Shown here one piece after another: positions 59,154 to 64,000 of a stretch of DNA of 64,000 nucleotides. Under the pieces are notes generated by a model, which saw only the letters and a program-made list of their open reading frames with translations, searched no databases and was not told where the DNA came from. The position numbers were made by a program, and so were the translations under genes. The number at the start of each line of letters is the position of its first letter. The first letter of the stretch is position 1. Source of the stretch: a bacterium (GTDB taxonomy: Bacteria; Electryoneota; Electryoneia; Electryoneales; Electryoneaceae); the NCBI GenBank assembly GCA_963675295.2, contig CAXXKJ010000001.1, forward strand, positions 128,001-192,000, read 5' to 3'.

Positions 59154-59182
59154 AAGGTAGATGGAAACTGATCATTCATCAA
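59154..59182 (-). promoter_or_regulatory. Putative sigma70 promoter
   Basis: TTGATG-N17-TACCTT, with an AT-rich region upstream. Confidence 0.55.
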
Positions 59183-59562
59183 TATTTTATTCCGTATTAA
59201 ACCATTTAACAGAGGTTTACACCATAAAAACAGTCTGATTCTAAGCTATTAAATTGAATAAACTTGGCGTAAATCTTATAATACGTTTATTTTGCATCAT
59301 TAGAACTATTGCAACATAAGAAGGATTATGAGCTTACTACAGGACGCTTCAGGGTCGATAAACGCTTACTGTACGAATATCAAGACGTTGCCCGTCAACC
59401 GGTAGGCTCACAATCAGGGCTTGTCCAGTGCTCTCCGTCTCCAGGGGGTTGAGAAACTGGCTGCCCCAAACTCCGTTCACAACTCAGAGATGCACAACTC
59501 CACACGAGATGATTCGTGCGACGGGACTGGCTGGCTGGAGATCCCGGCAGGATGAGACACAG

Positions 59563-59594
59563 AAAACGCCCAGGTGGAAAAACCACCCGGGCGT
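59563..59594 (-). terminator. Intrinsic terminator
   Basis: ACGCCC.GGTGG...CCACC.GGGCGT with T run on the minus strand. Confidence 0.65.
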
Positions 59595-59633
59595 CATCGA
59601 AGCATTACAGGCTAAGCCTGTAGTGTGTCGAGA

Positions 59634-61958
59634 TTAGCGGACCAGCATGACCTTCTGGGTCTGATCCATCTGACCCGGAACCGTGGCGCGGATGAAGTAC
59701 AGGCCGCTGGCCAGGCTCGAGGCGTCGAAGGTCATCGTGTGACGACCAGCGCTGTAGTCGCCATTGGCAACCGTCGCAACCAACTGACCGGTGACGTTGT
59801 ACACGTTCACCTTCAGGTCGGCCGCTTCCGGAAGCGTGACGGCGAAGCTGGTGCTCGGGTTGAACGGGTTCGGATACGCGTTCTCAAGCGCGAACTCGGT
59901 CGGAACGTTGACAGAGCCACCGTTGGAAGCAATACCGAAGCTGTTGTCGCCAGCCCAGTCTTCACGGACGAATTCGAAGGTCGACTCAACGAATTCACCA
60001 CTGCGGTCAAACGCAACACCGCGATCATACGGCGCGGTCGGCTGACCCATGTGGTCACGATACATCGGTTCCAGCTCACCAAGGTGCGCCGGACCAATGG
60101 CGTTCGGGGCGCTGAAGGTCGCACCGATTTCGTCGAACCAGGTTTCGTTGGTGTAGGCAGTCGCCATACCAACATAACCCGTCGCGTACGTCGCATCGGT
60201 GAAGCTACCCTGGTAGTTGCCGTTGATCGTGATGTCGAACGAGGAGCCGCTCGCATCGATCTGCAGCGTGTTGATCGCGCCGACGCCGGTGTTGATGCCA
60301 ACGCCCGTGGTCCAACCAATGATGTTGGTCGGGGCGCCAGCGGTGTAGACCCACGCCGAGTAGCTGGTGTTGGAAATGTAAACAGCGTAACCAGCATAGT
60401 CACCGTCCTGCGGGCCATTGCCACGGAACAGCATACCAACCGAGTAACCCTGCGTCACAGCATACTCAAAGGTGGTGCTGGCACTGAAGTTATCGAAGTT
60501 CATCGCGGTGTAAGAGCCGGAGCCCCACTCAGCCGCAAGGACCTGGTCAAACTTGCAGTAGCCACCATCGATCATGTACGAACCGTCGCCAACGTAAAAT
60601 TCGAAGCCCGGGGCGGTCGCGCCACCAAAGCCTTCAAACAGACCAGCGCCGACCTTCGCGAAGTCGAAGTTGTCCGTAACCTGAAGGTTCGGGTTGTTCG
60701 GAACACCAGCGATACCCTGGAGGTTGTACGCGCCTTCCGGAGCATAGCTCGGGACGGTCAACGAGAAGTCATACGCGGTGAAGTTCATGTACGGAACGAG
60801 GGTGAACGGAATGTTGTCCACCGGACCCACGACGTTGCTGTTCGGCAGCGTCACGAAGGTCTGATAACGAAGACCCGGGAACTGAGCCGGAATCGTGCTG
60901 ACGAGAGACGCGTCATAAACGACGTCGCCACCACCCTGCGGAACCGTCGTCACGGACGGATCGAGGGTCAGCATGACATACGTCCAGGTCACTTCAACCG
61001 GACCGGCCGGAGTGGATTCGCCTTCATCGTAGTACGCGGTAACTTCGTACGAGTAGGTACCTTCGCCCGGCAGGTTGTCGACGAACATTTCAGTCGTCGG
61101 TTCACCAACCAGGTTGCCATCACGGTAGACCTTGTAGTTCAGGAACTCATCAACCTGCGGCTCACCGTAACGGTCGAAGACGCGCACGCCTTCTGCCATC
61201 GGCATCGGGGAGTCAATCGGGTTGTGGGCATCGTCGAAGTAACCTTCAACCGGAGTACCCTGAGCAGCCGGAGCCGGAACGGCATCAACCGCACCCATGG
61301 TGCAGAAGATTTCGTCGTACCAGGTCACGTTGTAGGCTTCGATCACGCCGACATAACCCTGCGGATAGCTGGCGTCGGTGAAGCTGTTGTGATAGGTACC
61401 ATTGATGTACAGGTCGTACGTGCCGCCCGAACCCTGAATTTCCATCGAGTTCACAGCGCCCTGACCGACGTTGATGCCGGTACCGGTGGACCAGGAGATA
61501 ATCGCCGAAGCCGTGCCGTTGGTGTACTTCCACACCGAATAGCTGGTGTTGGAAACGTACATCCCATAGCCGTTGAAGTCAGCGTCACGCGGACCATTGG
61601 TGCACCACATGAAACCACGGGAACCCGTCGAGGTATCCTGGATTTCAAACGTGCCGCTCAGCGTGAAGTTGTCAAACTCCATCGCTTCGTAGGCACCTGT
61701 CTGCCAGCTGGTCGTGCCCGTTCCGTCGAGCTTCGCATAGCCGTCAGAGAACGAAAGGTTATTCACCAACCAGTTCCAGGAAGCGCCCGGATCTGCATCA
61801 AACGTTTCCGCCAAGCCAGCCGACGGAGCATTCCACGTCAAGGTGACTTCGCCACCATTGCCGAGATCCGCTTCAAGGCCGTAAGGCGGATAAACCTGCG
61901 CCGACGCCGCAAACGCCAGCACGAATACTGCGAGAAGAATACTGGACAGGTACTTCAT
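59634..61958 (-). CDS. T9SS-secreted adhesin-like protein C (paralog)
   Basis: Signal peptide MKYLSSILL after AGGGGG RBS; same architecture. Confidence 0.82.
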   Translation of the reverse strand: MKYLSSILLAVFVLAFAASAQVYPPYGLEADLGNGGEVTLTWNAPSAGLAETFDADPGASWNWLVNNLSFSDGYAKLDGTGTTSWQTGAYEAMEFDNFTLSGTFEIQDTSTGSRGFMWCTNGPRDADFNGYGMYVSNTSYSVWKYTNGTASAIISWSTGTGINVGQGAVNSMEIQGSGGTYDLYINGTYHNSFTDASYPQGYVGVIEAYNVTWYDEIFCTMGAVDAVPAPAAQGTPVEGYFDDAHNPIDSPMPMAEGVRVFDRYGEPQVDEFLNYKVYRDGNLVGEPTTEMFVDNLPGEGTYSYEVTAYYDEGESTPAGPVEVTWTYVMLTLDPSVTTVPQGGGDVVYDASLVSTIPAQFPGLRYQTFVTLPNSNVVGPVDNIPFTLVPYMNFTAYDFSLTVPSYAPEGAYNLQGIAGVPNNPNLQVTDNFDFAKVGAGLFEGFGGATAPGFEFYVGDGSYMIDGGYCKFDQVLAAEWGSGSYTAMNFDNFSASTTFEYAVTQGYSVGMLFRGNGPQDGDYAGYAVYISNTSYSAWVYTAGAPTNIIGWTTGVGINTGVGAINTLQIDASGSSFDITINGNYQGSFTDATYATGYVGMATAYTNETWFDEIGATFSAPNAIGPAHLGELEPMYRDHMGQPTAPYDRGVAFDRSGEFVESTFEFVREDWAGDNSFGIASNGGSVNVPTEFALENAYPNPFNPSTSFAVTLPEAADLKVNVYNVTGQLVATVANGDYSAGRHTMTFDASSLASGLYFIRATVPGQMDQTQKVMLVR

Positions 61959-62502
61959 ACTACCCCCTTGTGTGTTGGACCTACCTGTTGAGCCAATAAA
62001 TCCAATGCCTGCGAAAGATAGTTCTCCGGCACCGATCTGCAAAACCCCCTTTAGCGTTTTGTCGATTTTTTTGAGGCACTCGGGAGACGGACAACCGCCT
62101 GCATTGTGGGGTTTCAAACCCCTGCTGTAACCCCGCTCATAGCCTCAAGAAGGGAATTCGCATGAAACCACGAACGTGCCCAAACCCGGCGGAAAACAAG
62201 CAGTTCCAATCCCTCTCCGCAAACTAAAAAATGCAGCCGATCCGTCGAGTTGTCTCGTCACCAGACAATACCTGGAGAGCCATGCGAGTGAGATTTAGGA
62301 GGGGCTAACTTTTAGGGCGTCCGAATTTCAGCACCCGAATCCATAATTCTATCCGTTCGCGGCCTTCTATTAGCATGGTTTCCACCGGTCAATTTCCCTG
62401 CCCGCTTTCCGCAGTTCTGGCAGAGGCAGACGTCAAACAAATGCGCCGTCCAGATGAATTCTTCACCCGTACGGCGCATGTTAGTCGATTGGAAACAAAA
62501 GC

Positions 62503-63789
62503 TTACTGGACAAGCATGACTTTTTGTGTCTTAATCATCCGGCCGGGCACAGCCGCCTGCACGAAATACAGCCCGCTCGACAATCCCTGAGCCGCGAAGG
62601 AATACGTGTGCATTCCTGCCGCTACCTGACTGTTCACCAGCTCCGAAACCCGCTGTCCAGCCACATTGTAAACGGAAATCGTCACTTCTGACGTTTCCGG
62701 CAGTGCGACACGAATCGAGGTCTGTGCGTTAAACGGATTCGGGTACACCGGCAACAAGGCGAAACCGTCCGGAAGCGACTCTACCGGCGGTTCCGTCGCT
62801 GCGATCCGCAGTGCGCTTCCGTTCCAGTTGTCAACCCCGTCTGCTGCCACGCCGGTCTTCGTGAAGGTAAACGAATCCTCCAGGTACGGACCATTCATGT
62901 AGCCGACACGGGCGGTGAAGGTGTAGATGCCGTCCGGTGCCAGCGACGGAATGTTCTGCGTCATCCCGGTCTGGGTGACATTCATGTACGGCATCAGATC
63001 GAAATGCATCAGCGTTAACGGACCAAACACCTGCGCATTCGGTAGCGTGACCTCGGTCCAGTATGCAACGTTTGGATACGACGCGCCGATGAGGCTGACC
63101 AGCGAAACGTCATAAACCACATTGCCGCCGTTCGGCGGGATAGTGGTACTGGTGGGGGTAAGCGTCAACTCAATCGGATCCGGTTCGAGATCCTGCTCGA
63201 AAGTCAGGTCATCGAAGCAGCAGATTGAGCCAGTGAAGTCGAGCACGACCTCGGCGATATCTTCACCCTCAACGTTCAACGTCTGCAGCGAAGATTGTCC
63301 GGTGATCGAATAGCTGCCGATGAGGCTGCCATTGGAATCGAAGGCCGTTGCCGTAATAACACCGGACGAGTTGTGTCCAGCCAGAATGGTCAACGAAAGA
63401 ATCGGCGGGTCGAACAACATCGTTTCCGGCGGATAGACACCGGCGCCGGTGTTGAACGCGAGGAAATTCGGCGACGAATAATTGCTGATCCCGAAATTGC
63501 CCGACTCGTTCAGGACCTCGCCCTGGCCTTGGAACAACACACCCTGGTCGAGGTATTCATCCGTCAGCGGTATTTGATCATTGAATAGCCCCGGCGCATC
63601 CAGGTCATCAAAGTCGATGAACTCTTCGTCAATGGTTGGCGTATCCGGTGGTGATTGATACGGGGTTGAGCCATCGGCAACTGGTGTGTCCGACGGCATG
63701 CCGTTCAGAATGTAGGTGTCTGCGTACGTTGCCCCGGCAGCCAGCAACATCACCGCACACAACATCAGCAGGAATCCGTAGCGCTTCAT
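62503..63789 (-). CDS. T9SS-secreted protein: small jelly-roll-like domain, Ig-like module, CTD
   Basis: GGAGG RBS, signal peptide MKRYGFLL; IDFDDL...FDDLTF; TIPPNGG...WTEVTLPN; YPNPFN...QKVMLVQ. Confidence 0.82.
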   Translation of the reverse strand: MKRYGFLLMLCAVMLLAAGATYADTYILNGMPSDTPVADGSTPYQSPPDTPTIDEEFIDFDDLDAPGLFNDQIPLTDEYLDQGVLFQGQGEVLNESGNFGISNYSSPNFLAFNTGAGVYPPETMLFDPPILSLTILAGHNSSGVITATAFDSNGSLIGSYSITGQSSLQTLNVEGEDIAEVVLDFTGSICCFDDLTFEQDLEPDPIELTLTPTSTTIPPNGGNVVYDVSLVSLIGASYPNVAYWTEVTLPNAQVFGPLTLMHFDLMPYMNVTQTGMTQNIPSLAPDGIYTFTARVGYMNGPYLEDSFTFTKTGVAADGVDNWNGSALRIAATEPPVESLPDGFALLPVYPNPFNAQTSIRVALPETSEVTISVYNVAGQRVSELVNSQVAAGMHTYSFAAQGLSSGLYFVQAAVPGRMIKTQKVMLVQ

Positions 63790-64000
63790 ACTTCCTCCCC
63801 TTGAATAGAACATGTGGTACAACGTGTACAAAAGGACGGGCATCGGTGTCAAATCTTTCGTCAACGCAAGTGAGTGACCGAATCAGAAGGAGGTCTATGC
63901 ACGGTGAACCGTCATTGGCAACGTCCGGTCGCCATGGTAACGCTTTCAATAAAGTACGACATGAAGCCTTGAATCCAGCAAGAATCACAATGTTTGATAG

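Noticed and set aside
54121-61958. Diversity-generating retroelement explaining the near-identical paralogs
   Set aside because: No reverse transcriptase or template repeat in the window, and the differences are not confined to adenines.
62120-62230. c-di-GMP-I riboswitch (AGCGGGGTTAC on minus strand)
   Set aside because: The required upstream GCAAA-stem-GAAA-stem-ACGCAAA elements are missing.

Overview
High-GC bacterial window with E. coli-like sigma70 promoters and Shine-Dalgarno sites. It also holds 11 genes ending in a type IX secretion (T9SS) C-terminal sorting domain (YPNPFN...K(V/L)ML(V/L)(R/K/Q)), which suggests a non-Bacteroidota FCB-group lineage (inference). Contents in order: (1) a sigma54-controlled anaerobic/metal locus (partial HdrD/DsrK-like Fe-S gene, NifB/NifX-DUF1847 fusion, Usp-like gene, PAS-type enhancer-binding protein); (2) a ~16.7 kb probable beta-1,3-glucan utilisation locus with no SusC/SusD pair, containing seven copies of a CBM-like module, two GH16s, a ROK repressor with four visible 25-bp operators, a GPH symporter, a GH3 and a clan GH-A hydrolase fused to a beta-barrel-like domain; (3) T9SS beta-propeller/FG-GAP proteins, two of them in a 4.7 kb integrase-free islet at tRNA-Arg(CCT); (4) an MDR dehydrogenase/PTPS-like/GT4/methyltransferase cluster and housekeeping genes; (5) small tandem duplicates, an octaheme cytochrome c, a probable sigma28-driven small protein, a GNAT and an orphan ABC permease; (6) five more T9SS cargo genes, three of them mosaic paralogs. 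An uncharacterised ~110-aa Ig-like module recurs in 13 secreted proteins and also occurs as stand-alone genes. All calls come from reading motifs by eye; no searches were run.
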